Of a stretch of DNA of 64,000 nt, positions 14,501 through 29,044 are shown one piece after another (position 1 is the stretch's first letter; every line of letters begins with the position of its first letter). The stretch spans positions 4,216,001 to 4,280,000 of the forward strand of contig OZ365118.1 in NCBI GenBank assembly GCA_977030845.1. The letters are read 5' to 3'. The notes below the pieces were generated by a model that was not told the origin of the DNA, searched no databases, and saw nothing but the letters and a program-made list of their open reading frames with translations. A program made the translations under genes and the position numbers. The stretch is from Fimbriosthenelais zetlandica (Eukaryota).

Positions 14501-15170
14501 TAATGTCCTGTGAATTATGGATACTGCCAGCCCCAAAAGCGAGCCTTCAACCGACGCAAATAACTAGCCAATGCATTTTGATGGAGTTTTGATATGTGCT
14601 TGGTATGACTGGCCTTTTGTCGGTATTTTATTCATGAAATCTTGTCCATATATCGCATGGGTTAAGCGTCATCTCCAGTGGTGGGTGGTGTGAGTTATAT
14701 AGCAGCAGGGGAGAGCTACATTACAACCATACATTGTCACAAAATCTCACCCTTGTTCTACTGCATGCTGCTGTTTTCTAATATGCTTATATCGATACTA
14801 ATGCATTGCATGCCTATAGCATTACATCTCTATATGATATGCAATCTATACAGGCTAGCACTCTTAGTAAATTATAATCACTCATGGATGGAAATTTTAG
14901 AAAAGATGAATAATATAAGACAGTGAATAACGCCTGTTATGTGGATTTCACAATGAAGATATCTTTGTGTAATGTGAAAATTTGTTATTATCCATATAAC
15001 ATAATCGTACAGAGGTACATATCAATTTCTCCAGGAGATAGAAACCCGTTGCACGATAGATTTATCGCTGATTTTTTAAGCAGACTTTTCTCTATGATTG
15101 CACACCTTTTTCTCAATATATATGACGTGAATGCGTTCTAGGTGGTGCATTCCAGAGAGGTTACAGAAAG

Positions 15171-15174
<4 letters not shown>

Positions 15175-15204
<30 letters not shown>
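15175..15204. repeat. (AG)15 microsatellite
   Basis: Seen directly. Confidence 0.95.
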
Positions 15205-15207
<3 letters not shown>

Positions 15208-16455
15208 TGTGGAGAGAGGTGTGGAGAGATGGGTGAGAGGAGCATGTATAGGTATATAGTGTAGTTTAGGAGCAGGTTTATGTTTGTCTATTATTATAAT
15301 ATGGGAAGCACGTCCGTTTTGTACACTTACATCCCCTCCCCCCAGACACAGTACATAATGATAAACAACATCACTTCATAAAATAGACTTGTCAAAGTCT
15401 AAACAACTAAATATTTAATGCCAAAACAATAGAATGCACTCTCCATATATAGGTCTTTGTAATGAATTATTCCAACAATATAATATGAAATAGAAGGATA
15501 TAAATGGGCCATTTCAAGCCTGAAACAATAAGTGCCAGAGACAATGGCAAGGACAAATATCAAAGAAGAAAATAGATGTGAGAGTACTTACAATATGAGA
15601 GAGACGAAGTGGCAGGGTGGGTGTCTAAGTTCAGGGTCTGTACCGGGACTAGATCCTGTAAGGTAAAGGTTCCAATGAGTGAAGTATGAGATCTGTATAA
15701 TACATATTACATGGATTAATACTGGTACAATTCACCACCTTAACGCCCTGTGACATGAGGAACTATCTACCCTTCATCTCAGGTAAATTAATCACCAATT
15801 TCTCCACCCGAGATCAAATTTCCGGCTGCAAATAAATGAAGAAATCATTTTCTGCCATTTTCATGGGATGACAAGAAGTGAGTTTTTATTGGGTGGTTGA
15901 ATGCATTCCTCCATAATGATGATCAGAATCTGATGGATAGTTTTAACGGGGGATCAGACAAAGGTGGCATTAGTGAAAGCCGAGGATGGGGCGAGGGATG
16001 GGTGCATGAATGTAGGATCATTGATACATTTATTGTACTGAAACCGATTTTAGTTTTCAATTGAAATGTGAGACGATAAAGAAATTCAAAATATCCATTG
16101 ATAGGAAACAGAATCACAAACTCTTGTACTAAGGCATGCCTAATTATTTTTATGAGAGAAGGAATGTGGATTTTCTGTGAGGCAGCATGGTTAAATAGGA
16201 AAACAGGGGAGGGAAATGTCAGGTATGCTACATGTATTAAATCTATCCTCAACCCAGCATTGGCTGCTGTGCCGGGGGGGGGGGGTGCAGCTAGAGGTAT
16301 GTCTGTATATATATATGTAGCCCCCACGCAGAGAGCTATGTAACAGTGCATTTACTGACATGAAAAAGGCATATATGCAGAAATGTAGTCTCTTACAAAG
16401 TCTGTGTAATCCATGCAGAAGGCCCCCATAAGCCTCAACACCCATCTAATGCACC

Positions 16456-16458
<3 letters not shown>

Positions 16459-16526
<68 letters not shown>
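16459..16526. repeat. (AT)34 microsatellite
   Basis: Seen directly. Confidence 0.97.
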
Positions 16527-16529
<3 letters not shown>

Positions 16530-17330
16530 GCTTTCCTCCATCTCTATTCAACACTAAACCCGACATCCGAGGCTTAATTTGCCCCGAGAGGTTTATATAT
16601 CAAACATCGCAGAAGAATGGGTAAAAATGAACCCACATAGAATTGAAATACTGGGCAGTTTTTCCTTGGAGGTAACAGATTAATCGTCAAAGGAAAAACG
16701 GGGAGACGCAAAGGAAGCATGGAGGGGCGAGAGAAGAAACAGTCTTAGTGAGGGATGGAGAAAAGAAGGAAGAGAAATTGAGGCAGGTGTTGCTTCTGGG
16801 CATGTCAGTTTTTTAATATTTCTATCCCATAAAAATTGAGAAAACAAAGGCTGGTATCTTCAGTTAACTACTTTATGTATTTTAGCTATGTGATGTGCAA
16901 CATTAGTGTGGGTATTCCTGCTGTTAACGGTTGAATGGTGAATAGCTTCTGGTGTTATAGATGGCTAGACTATAGTTGTACTCCACATAACAGGTCTTAA
17001 TACCAGATCATGATAGACCAACCCTTCACTATAGTCAGATCTTGATCCATCAGACTGGAGAGGGACTCTATGGTTGATATTGACCTATCATATTTATTGA
17101 TCAGTTCAAATATAAATCCAGTAATGAGAGACTGGAGCACGTCTATGGGCGTGAATCTGGACAGTGTAATCTGACACCATCCATCAGTGGATACCCTGAC
17201 ATTACGACACTCTCTAATGAACATATATAACCCAGACCTGTCTCTAATCCTCGCTAAGCTCATCCCAAGACAAATGATCCCAACCACGGATTAATGTCTA
17301 GATCACGGATAGCGACCCTGCTCTACTTAT

Positions 17331-17390
17331 GCATTGTTCCTTGCGATACAGAGGTCGCCTTTGTCGCAATTGTATCGCAAGCAACAATGC
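17331..17390. mobile_element. Degenerate, internally deleted relative of the 21.5-kb MITE
   Basis: 20-bp arms with one mismatch (gcattgttccttgcgataca / tgtatcgcaagcaacaatgc), 20-nt spacer; cctttgtcgca...tcgcaagcaa is shared with the MITE right arm. Confidence 0.6.
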
Positions 17391-20300
17391 AACCCTGGAG
17401 GACAACTTTAATGCTTTTCACACCTACCACATTTGTGCACTGATCTGGTGATTTCCGTTGATAATTGCTTAAAATCTTGGTGAACTATTATGACTATAAT
17501 TCCCTCGAGGTGATTGTGCAGGAATTATCACCTCTGAGGCTTCAATATAAGAGGTGTCTCCACTACATATCTAACATTTAACGCAGTAGTGGAGGATGGG
17601 TTTAACTCACCATCTCACTCCACCCTGACAATCCAGTAAATGAAGACGGTGAGAAGAAGCAAACATTGAGCTGTGATGGATGCTCTCTGTGAGGCAGTCT
17701 GAGATCTCTACCTTCTTCTGGGAATTGATAGTGAACAACAATCTAATAGAGAAAGTGAGCAAGATGTCATGTAGGAGACAAGTATGGGCAGAAATTAGCT
17801 GAGGTAGAGATGTCGATAAGAGGTAAGGGGAATTGATTCTCTAGCTCACTCCAACCTTCTTCTATGCCCTATACCCATTCACCAAGCCATATAATGCACA
17901 CTCACAGACCATTATGTACTTTCTATTGACATGTACCTGAAAGTTGGTTTCTCAGGTTGATAGTTTCTACGATTTCTTTCTCAAAGTTAGAGAGAATACT
18001 GCACATTGATATTCAGAATTCAAGCATGGGATTTAGGGTTTCTCGGATGAGATTCAAACTTGCAACCCAAAAGAGTACCCAACCTGTGCTCTATTCTCTA
18101 TAGTTAGAGCAGTATAGCAGGATGGCAGGACCAGGGTGTTGAGCCAGCACAGGTTTATATTTTTATTGTTTTATGAGGTCGGCTCCAGCTCACTGCTCTA
18201 TTAACTGCTCAATGAGCGGCTCACTTGGTGAGCTGTGATATTGCTACATACAGTGAGGAGGTGGTAAATTATAACGCGAGCTGATGAATAACTCACGGGT
18301 CGTAAACTAGAATCAATATACATATACAATCCTCCTTATCCATATCACCCATTCTCCATATCCCGACCCCCATATCCCCTATAAATCATAAATGTGGAAT
18401 AAAAAATAATATAGAACGTTTTTAGCATGGTTGGTATACCTCCAAAGGAGGAGAGCAATACCTTCGAATGAGGGGACCAATAGGTGTTGCTCACCAATTA
18501 CTAGAATATGGAGCTGCTCATATATTAACAATTATGCAATCCTCTGTGAGGCACTCACATAATGGAAAAGTTGGCCTTTCACCTCAGGAATATATGGCCA
18601 ATCATGTGTCGCTTTGAACCTGGAACCTGTTTTGGTTAGGCCTGGTTATACATGTACAAGAAGCATTATGAGAATGAAATATATATGAACCCTGGACCTG
18701 AGGAAGTCTCATGGGTTAATATGAATAAGTTCAGTTCTTTATATTCCGAACCATATCGAGGAATATATGGGTAGTGAAATTGAAAGGATCAGTATTTGAA
18801 TAGACTTCCATTTTCAATATTCTGAACTCCACGGCCTCAATCCTCACGGTGGCTCGAAAGTAAACAATTTGCAGAGTGATAAGTTTCCTGCATTGTCAGC
18901 TAAAGAAACCGAGTACACAAAACCTCCTGAAACGGCCATGAAAAGTGGGAATATGGCACATTGTAGGGAAGGTCATTATGTATAGACATGGAGGGGGGGG
19001 GGGGGGTAATCTCACAGGCTTCAGTAGGACTGGTGAAGGGAAATGATGACCTGGGGGAACCAGAAGGTGGCCTCCCATATACATACATACACCCTATACT
19101 GCTATATTACCCCAGAGTCGTCAGAGAGAAAGACCCAGAGCTGAACATGGCAATAACAAAAGCTGAAGTCGGATTGCTTGGTGGTTGAGGGGCGTATATA
19201 TAGGAGAGATGAGTGAGTGGTGGGATCATGGAGGTGTATTGGATCTATGAACGGACTTGTATATCAGATTACTGTATCCAGAAGGGTTGAAAAACTAGGC
19301 TAAAGTTACCCAATTCTCATCACCACTCCAACACTGCTTTTCACCATGAAGATAATTCATTTCTTCTCATTTTCATCCTCCATAAAGCCCTCAAAACACA
19401 TTCCCATTTCCTTTCGAACTCCGAATTCGAAACCTTCAATTTTCCCCTGTTGTCGCTAATGGGAAGATGGAATGAAATAGATCTTTCTTCTTGCTATATT
19501 TTCTGCATCCAACTCCGTACCTTATAACGTATATATCTAGTACCCCTCTCTGTGATTGGATCGTGCATGGTTAGTCTTCGTCCTCTACCTCCCACACCCC
19601 CACGGGCGTTCACACAATGTTCAAGCTTCATATGTTTTCATTATGCTTCATATATACCAGTAAACTGCTTTTTCTTCGTCCCCAAAAGCACCTGCAGGCT
19701 TTACATAAAGAATGAGAGGGAGAGATGTGACAGAAGTGTCCATCGGTTGACGCTGGGCCTCACAATCGCCCATTCTGTCCTCTCACTTCTCCTTGCACAT
19801 GAGTCCCCTAACCGATCCGATAATCACTTCCCTGAAACTCTCTCAATTATTTACAGCAAGTACAGTGAATGATAAATCACTTCTCAAACTACTGAACTAG
19901 CCATATATTCTTCATTGATCTTTCCACGAAAATCTGGGAAATTATGGAAATTTGGAGAAATGTGGATTAAAGGGAAGGCCTGTAATACTGGTGGTCTTAC
20001 ATGGTTTGTGGACGTGTCGAAGCAGGTGTTTAACATGAACCGGAAAAAATACTTAATCATTCATGTCGCCTTCATAAAATCACACGACCCTTGTATATGA
20101 TATATGCGGTTCATACCCGGGGTAATGTAGGGTAGAGATGCTATATCTGAACAATCAAAGACACCCTCACTACTACACCTCCTATACAAAAACACCGGCT
20201 GCCAGGGCTGTGCTAATTGCCCAGGGATTCCTCAGAACACATGCAAATCCTGGCTTTTCAGGAGACCAAAGGGACTTTTCAGCAAAAGCCAGGGATGCGC

Positions 20301-21535
20301 AACATTAACCTTTGAAAGGTCTATGGGGAATTTTCATGCACTTGCCTTTATTCTCCGAGAGAAAAAAATCTCTTGTGAATTATCTTGTAGTGGTAATTGA
20401 GACTGTTTGGATGCAGGAGAGCACACATAAGAAGGTGAAAATTGATAAGAAAGTGAAAATGAAGATGAAAATGAAAGAGGACACGTTTGAAGAATTTTCA
20501 AAGGGTTGTTGAGAGGCATCATGGGGAATGTCGTCTTTAAGTTCGGGTTTCTGGCTATGTCAACCACAGGCAAGCAGAGATAATATGGTTGTATCAAGAT
20601 GCTGAAATATTCATATTTGATTAATTGGATTTGCCCTGAAGGATGTGTCACTAATTAGGCGCAGCAGCATGTTCAGGATTGCGATGCAAATTTCTAAATC
20701 CTGCCGAGCTAAAATTAGCAGATGATAATTACACGCCTGTATTTCTGGAAGACACGATATGGCCATGAATATAAGTTATATGTGAGGATATTACCTATCA
20801 ATCATAATACTAGAATACAGATGGGATGTATATATATAGCTGAACATGGCCATGTGTTCAGCTTGATGGAGATGAGGTACAAATAAGCGAACAGAAGAGG
20901 GCGGGAGAGGTGGAGGGACGGGGAGAGGTGGAGGGACGGGGAGAGGGAAAAGGGAAGGGAAACAATCGAGGAAAAACAATGAAGGAGAGGGAAAAGAGGT
21001 AGAAATCTTCAGCAGAAATCAGGAGAGGTTATAAAGTGCTGTGGAGGACGAGCCAACCCAATGGAAGCGATGGCACAAGACCACACGAGAAAGAAGATGG
21101 CAAGAAACCCGAGATGCTGACCCCAAACCACCATCCCGAAACTGGATGAAAAAAACCTGCGTTCTGAGATTGCCTTTGTCTGGGACTGTGCCGGCAATGG
21201 ACCAGCAGGTCAACAGTAAGAGGAGCGGGGAGGGGAGGAGAGGGAGATGAGAGGGGGAGGGAGAGAGGGAGGGAGAGAGGAGGAGGGCCCCTGTTTGAGG
21301 TACATTTATCAGGTCATGGCCATGCACCTACACCCTACAATCACCCACCCAGACCGGTACCATTGACTAGAGAGACGGGAGGGTATGGAATATCATAGCC
21401 TTATACAGCCAGACATGGTGAAAGGCAATGCTGGAATGAACGGCTCAGACTGGCTCGTCCAGAGAAGGTACAGGCCCAAAGCAATGTCTGCCAACTCCAC
21501 CAAGTACAGGCCTGGCTTTTACTATAGGGTTATAA

Positions 21536-21746
21536 AGCCGGGACTCCACTGCTGCGATTTTGCTTGCGACACTACTGCGACAAAGGTGATGATTGTGTTT
21601 CAATGATAAATTTACCATTGGAGGACGGCCTTAAGGCCTTGGACACTTGAACCACAATTTATAAATTTTATTCTTACACAACTTCACAAGCATCACCTTT
21701 GTCGCAGTAGTGTCGCAAGCAAAATCGCAGCAGTGGAGTCCCGGCT
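21536..21746. mobile_element. PIF/Harbinger (Tourist-like) MITE, 211 bp
   Basis: Perfect 56-bp terminal inverted repeats (21536-21591 / 21691-21746, AGCCGGGACTCCACTGCTGCG...), flanked on both sides by TAA (21533-21535, 21747-21749), the typical Harbinger target duplication; no ORF. Confidence 0.85.
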
Positions 21747-22237
21747 TAAGAGGCAATCATCAACTGAGGTCCACTACAAACCATGAGTTTGATGTTAACA
21801 AATAGTGCAGATACAGAAAATGTTTCCCTGTTTTTCACGTTAATTTGCTAACTTTCTGACACAGGGGAAGCATCCTCAGTTACTCTGCCATCTTGATCCC
21901 TGATAAAAGCTGTCGCATCAATTAAATGACTTGTAAAAGGAGTCATCAACAGCCAATAAGAACTGATAAGGCACAGTTATTTTAGATCAGGATTCAATTT
22001 TCCGTCCAATTATTGAAAAGCATTGACTGAATGAAAGAAAAGCGCTTCTCATAATCTGGACAAGTCTTCATTAATTGAAGCAGTGGAGGTTTTAGAGAGT
22101 TTAATGAAGCTTGTGGTCCTTTATCAGACATCATGTAAGATAACTCCTCTAATCAATACATCAGTCCCACCATTGTCAGTGGTAACAGGGAGCTGGCCTA
22201 TAATCACAATGCTAACACCACAATGAGGCTCGTCTCC

Positions 22238-22320
22238 AGCCAATCACAGCTCAGCTAACATTTCACGTCGCCTAGCCAATCACAGCTCAGCTACCATTTC
22301 ACATCTACCAGCCAATCAGA
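22238..22320. repeat. 36-bp tandem repeat (2.3 copies), each beginning AGCCAATCA
   Basis: Units at 22238, 22274, 22310. Confidence 0.9.
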
Positions 22321-25300
22321 TCTTTTGTCTCTGCAAATCAGCTCAGGACTGTCCGCTAAAGCTGGTATTATTGAGGGAAAGACAGAAATCTGTCTGTAAT
22401 ATGACGTTTGTCTGTCTATCTATCCAGTGCCCAGCATAACAACTATGAGCCTGATGGATCGATGTGGAGTCATAATAAGTTCTCCTTTCAAATAAAGGCA
22501 GATTGATTGAGTACTGGGTACAATAGGTCTGTGTGAATAGCATACATGCACAGGTTACCTTCATCTAACCAATATGGCTACTTTATTCTGATGCCACCTT
22601 CAGCCCATATATATTCAACTTGAGCTCCTATACCAGAATATGTTCGTTTTACAAAATGAGATAAATTGTTAAGTACGGAAGTAATGCCTGACCTTAAGGT
22701 ACAAAATTAACTATGGATTCCTCAGTTTCACAGCAATTCACATCAAAATTCATAGGTTAATCTTTGGGCAAAATGAATTCAAAGTTTTATGATATTTCCC
22801 TCATTACTGTTTCAACAGCGACATGCGGAGCGAATCTTACCGATTGAAGCTTCTAAAACAACGGTTCAATTAGGAAATATTGACAAGTCCATTCCCAGTG
22901 AACGTGGAAAGGGCAGTGATTGAGCGGAATACAAGCGGAATCAATTAAAGATGTTGAATAATTGAGATGTGGCCTGTATTTGAGCTTTCTACTCTTTGTT
23001 TAACGCCAGTAGTGACAAGCCAGGCTGTGGTAAAACCAACATTCCAACTGGAAAACGCCCATCAACACAATTCACACATTTGTACAGACATTTGCTGTCT
23101 TTCTGGTCAATATTTTATATAAATACGCATTTCTTTTACTGATAAGGTGGCCCAACAACTCAGTCTGAGATAAGAGTAACCATACTTGTAGTACAGTACA
23201 TTTGTATCTATTTTTCTTAAATCGTAAAGCAGTCTGGAACTAACCAACCATGAGGTAGCATTTCTTTTTGTAACATCTTCCAAGCTACCTTGCCACATAA
23301 TCCAGTTTCTTTCGCGAGGGCAAAAACAGACAAAAATCAAAGCTGTAATTCCAAAGACGAATAGCTTTGCCAAAGAAGATTTTCCACGAAGTAATTTTTT
23401 TGGAGGGAGAAGATTTGTAAGTGTTTTATTTGGTGGTATGAGGGTAGTCAACTTGCATAGAGAGCCCAGGAGGCGAGGAGCTGGCCGGAAGGGTCGTATA
23501 TCACTGTATCAGAGCCTGGGATTGGCTTTACAGCTAAAAGAAAGACCGCCCCCTAACTCTATAGATACTCTAACCCACACCTCCCAGCCTTGTTTCTTTC
23601 TTGTTGGTTATTTAACCACTGTGAAATAAGAGATGAAGTCAGTGGCCAGATCTGGGCGATTTATCTTCTATCTCAAAAATCCCAAGTGACTCCAGAAGCT
23701 TGGAGTTTATTCTTGGAAGAGAAGATGATTTAAATTGAATGTCGTGTAACGAAGAAGGATAAGCTGATACTGGTAGGGAAGACACATTCCAGAGATCAAG
23801 ATCTCATCTCAAATTTAGCCTTTGATGGAAATAATAAGATCACTCACAGATCTGGAATGTTTTTGGACTGGCCAATAAATGACATCTGACATGGATGGAG
23901 TGTTAAGAGATGGGGTGATTTAAACCAGTCACTCGTTCAATTACGTATCAACATTTTTTGCTAAAGAGAATCTCCCATGCCCGCTTGACTACAACAATAG
24001 ATGATGTATAGGGAGAGTGTGAATGCACTGTGCCTATGTGTCAAGTCAAATGAAGGAGAAGAGCAGAGAGGCAATCCAGAGTTTAAAAGCTTTGTACAGA
24101 CGTACAGAATTCAATTTTCAACATCAGAGTGGAGCGATCTGCTTTCACAGATAAGCCCTTCCAGCAGCCCGGCTATATTGGCCTGGACTTGTCCTTTATA
24201 ATATGGACCGCTTGTAGGTTCAACCTAACAGGTTGATGACCTAGCATGCATCTCAAACCATTGTCTTATCTTGCATTGACCATCCAGCAGCCCTGGAATC
24301 TGATCATGATCTCAATCCCAGGAATGCATTCCACAATAATTACACCTCATGGCACCATGTCCATTGACTAATGAAAAGAAACGAGGTTTTCCTTCAGGCG
24401 TTTGTTTAAGCGAAGACAGGAAATTGCCGTAGTACTTGGCACACTGAGCAGCCATAGCAGACGTGTTTCTCAGAGGAAATGAATAACAAAGGAACAACAT
24501 CTCATTATGTTTTTCTCCATTTTTATAGTGATGCTTCCTCTTGACTCATTGTGCCAGGACTGCGCCTGATAAATGTGTAAAAGGCCATCAGTGGAGCAGT
24601 GTAACATGGCACACAATGGTGGTCTATATCACAGCCAGGATCCTCTTACCACATTCACTGCTGACCATTTAACAGACGCAGGCCTGTAAAGTGGACCTTT
24701 ACATTCTTAAGCCTGAAGATAATCGACCTTAGAACAGCCAGACAGAGATATAGAGGATGTAACGACCTCCTTAAAGCCCTGAGAAAAGTCATCAATATCA
24801 AGATGGCGGTCCTCTTACGTCTAGACGTCACCATGACGTCTCCAGACGTCACCCAGCACGCAGCCATGACGTCTCTAGGTCGTTGGTGGCGGAGGGAGAC
24901 AATCAGACGCCGGGAACTATTTTCTGGTGCTCAGGTTCACATTGTCAGGGCGGTGGTGGGGCTATTCATCCTGTCGACCTTGGCCGGGGAATGCCCGTTC
25001 GCCACTTGACTGTTAATTACTTGACATTGGGAAAAGCTCAGTTTAATTACGTGATTTTAATTATCTTCTCCTGAAGGAAAATTGTGTCGTTTGTTCATGT
25101 CAAGTGTGCAATGTTTGGTTCAATACAAGAAGAGAAAGGAATAGCTTCCAGTAATTAACAAATGTATAAATTATTGACATATATATATGAGCAGCTAAAA
25201 TAACTGCAGACACGATGAATCGTTGCATATAACAAATCAAATGGAGGCAGAGATGATTTTAAATGAAAAAGTGATGTTTTAATGATAAAAATGGGTTAGA

Positions 25301-28300
25301 TCTGCAATGTTTGTCTAGTGTATATCAGTCTAGACTCCGCTCTAGGGCTATGGACAGAAACAGAGACAAACTCACTTTCCTCCAGCGAGAAGGTGGCCAT
25401 GCTTGCCTGGCTAATTGTTTCAAAACCAGAAGATTCGTCACGAACTCTGCAGGCTGGCGGGCATTAAAGGCACTGTGAGGTAGCCGTCAGTCCCACGTGT
25501 CAATGTTAAGACAGCTAAAGGTCTAATCAGAGAAATATCGAGTTCCCATGACGGAATATTGGCTACCAGACCGTCTGTCCCCGCCGGCACTGGACCTGCC
25601 ATATTGGTTCTATACCAATCTCCAGGTCTGAGTTCCTGGTGTAAATTTACCATCTTCTTGACTAGGTGAATTTGATATAGAAGTATTAGAGAATATACAG
25701 GTTTCTAGAGTCTCATTAACTTAATGGTTTGAGACGTGTAGCATTAAAAGCTGAAGAAACACGTAATAGATCCAGATTAGCAGCAGGATAGGCATCTGGA
25801 AGTGATCACTAGTGAATGGAGTGGGATAGAGATGTCAATGAACTATTGCTGTTAAACAAGGAATGAGTGTAAAGAAAACACCAATCCTCACACCCATGCC
25901 AGTGTTTCGCACAGTCCAGTGTTCGTTTCATTTAACATAGCCATTGGCAATTCACTTGATGGAGTGATAGCAATTACACTAATGTAATTTATTAGAGCTT
26001 AATGTGCCACCAACACAAGTAACTGTCATACTTAAGTCAGCTTAGAGAGATTGAGAGACAGGCTGATTGGATCTTAAAATATGCTCGACTTCATCAGCGC
26101 AAACACCCGACCGTTCCTTACATTTACAGAGAATTGCCTTTTATACAGAAAACTGAATGCGAAACGTAGTATAAATTATCTTTTTCAAGATACTTGTTAC
26201 AAGTTCGAGAACTTGAAATTGAGTTTCTCTTTGCCTTGAGCCTTGAGTAGAGTCAAGACTTTTAGAGCTGGGTGGTTGGGTGAGGTAGGAGGGGAAGTAG
26301 CTAAAATACTCGACCTTTTCATGTTTTTTATCACATCAGTAATGTGGATAGCGACACCTCGCTGAGCTGACAGGTATGAAGGGATGGCTGTCTACTAACT
26401 CCAGCATTGTCAGAACATATCATAAATCACCAGGCACAGTTTGAAGCAAAGTGGTCGGTATTTCTTTGGTGAAGAAAAAGAGCGTTTTTCCAGGACAGAT
26501 CAAAGACCGGGGCAATAAGTAGACATTGCTAATAAACGACCACGACAAACGAGGCGGCGTCTACGGCAAGGATATATAGCAGATATTGTCAAACAAATCT
26601 CTGTGAAGATGGGTCAAGTAAATTAGGCACATTAGTGTGTAGATGTGGACTGCTTAGTCTAGCTGTGCCTTTCGTCATTTGGCTCAACATTTGTGCGCAA
26701 TTTGACGTAACCAAAATCAAATTAAGGCACTGTTAAACTGATGTGACCCCAACAGAATAATTCCTGATTTAATGAAGTGTGCATTGTCAGTAGCATTCAC
26801 TGTACTTATATAATCAGAGGTCAATTATAGCCAGGCTCATTTAGTTCACCACAGCTTCATGACAGGAACTTTATATCATCAAGCATCTTCAAGCAGGTGT
26901 CTACTCGGCTCGTGTCGAGTTTGTGTAAATATAGAAATAGGAAAGTGAATACGGCAGGCTAAATCATTTCCAGGAACATAGAAGGAATGTGTAGAAACAT
27001 TCACTTGAGCAAAGGTAGAGTATAAGCTAATAAGTGGCCCCATATAACACTGAAAGAAACCAGAGGATATGAATATTTATATCACTGCCTGTGTTAGTCA
27101 ATACTAACACAGGCCCACGGTTCATTACAGCCACTTATATTGATTAAAACTCATAAAGATAAGACAGTTCATGTATGTTACAAAGACTTCATCATGGTGA
27201 TGAAGTCAACCATTCTTCACCCAACTCTTTGTCATGACTCAATTTATGTCTTCAATTACTCCATACTCCTTCTTCCTGCTAAGATCAATCATAAAGACAG
27301 GCAGTAGAGTTTTCTGTCTTTGATATTTTCTATACTGAGACGTATGTGGAGCTTGGGCACATAGATCGGTTGTTCCTGGGTCCTTAAGTTAAACTAGACT
27401 CAATGTCTTAAGACTGTTGACTAGGTACGGTTAGGTGTACTTACGACATCAATAAGAGAACTGTTAGGACTTAATTTCCTTGGAGTCCTAAGAGGGGTTG
27501 GGGGCTGGGATGGATGAATGTGGAGCTTGGAGGTTGGAGTCTAGGACTAGCTAGGGTAGAGTTAATGAAGGTGTATAAGATAAATGTATGTTCTACGTTA
27601 TCACGTGACAGCAATTACCGAGCCGCCTGATAGTGAGCGGGCGCTTCAGACTGAAGATTCATTATCACAATCAATTAATGAAAGCAAAAGCTTTATATAT
27701 TGTGAAAATTAATTTATATTTCACACTGAACTGCATGACCAAGTGGCGTTGAAGGAAGACATTCATAATCTTCTTGATCTGATATAATACTGGGTTTAAT
27801 TATCCCAGGGTTTCAGTAGATCTTAACGGAGGAAACTCTTGGGGAAATAGTCAATCCTAAAGACCTTGACCTTCCCATTTAGCAGCCCAAAACCTTTGTT
27901 GAACCTTTGTACAATAAAGGTCTTGTTCCCCAGTGGGTGGTTGACTGGCACCTCAAGATAATGAGGGAATGACAGGGAACATTAATGAATGTTTAGACAA
28001 TGTGTGTAAAGTGACAATATGAACACACTCTCCGTACAAAAGACACAAAAACATCCCTACCTCCCTTTACACCAGAACCCTGCCTCTAAAGTGTCCCCCT
28101 CTCTATAGGATCAATACCTCGAGGGGAATTCTACGAGCTGGTAGAGTAGAGGAGTCAGGAACAAAAGACACACACAGCCTCGTGACTGGAGGAACAATAA
28201 CCGACACACAAATGTGCCTGCTGCGTGATAGGTCAGCCCAGAGATGTGCCGGGGGTACTGGTGCTTTTTAAACGTGAGTTTTGGGTGTGTTTAATGGGTT

Positions 28301-29044
28301 GGAAGGCTCCAGGAGGGCTGGTGGATATAGAAGGACAGTGGTATTAGGTGGGGAACATGAGTACATGTAGGTGGAGTGAGGGGAGGGTGTTTGTCATTAT
28401 AAAATGTGACGTAATATAGTTTGTAAGGTAAGTTAGTTATCTTGTGTACTGGTGAATGTCACGCTGTCTCTGGTCCAGGTTTATGTATTGTGAGGCTTCT
28501 CAAATACCCCATACATGCATATTTAACTGGGAAAGGATGACATTTAGTGTCAAATTTCATGTCAAATTCCATGCCAAGAAAACAATCTTTTAAATTCCTT
28601 AAGATCATAAATGTATAGTTTACATTCATCATAGGAAGTCATTGACATAAAATAGCAATAAACCTTATGCAAAAACATGTGCATTGGACCTAAAAGATTC
28701 ATACAAATATGTTTAAATGTGTGCCTTCCTTCATGCCTCGAGGGACATGAATCGATATGACTTTCTATGTAGTAAGTTAAAAGCTACAAAAAGCACTTGC
28801 ATACCTTTGCCTTCCTACAAAATTCAAAGCTAGAGGAGCATGTTTGCTTTGTTCGTACATATTAGCTGAGGCTGTATGTCTGCGCATAGAACAACATAGC
28901 CGAGCGAGGAGAAGGTCGGTGCTGAGGAGCATTTTAAAAGGTTTGCACCCATTAAAATGTAATAAGCTGAATTCAGGTCGGGCCATCACTCACGGCAACT
29001 CAGAGCTTTAAAACAGCCTCAAATATTCCTCATACAAATAGCGG

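Noticed and set aside
24627-24638. 12-nt match to the 5' end of miR-2 (tatcacagccag)
   Set aside because: 3' half diverges and no complementary arm forms a precursor hairpin.
25438-25653. ORF with LRPGDW, faintly like an LTR-retrotransposon integrase tail
   Set aside because: No RT, RNase H or integrase motifs, and no LTRs found nearby.
27185-27207. 10-bp hairpin gacttcatca-tgg-tgatgaagtc
   Set aside because: Close to chance expectation; no supporting context.
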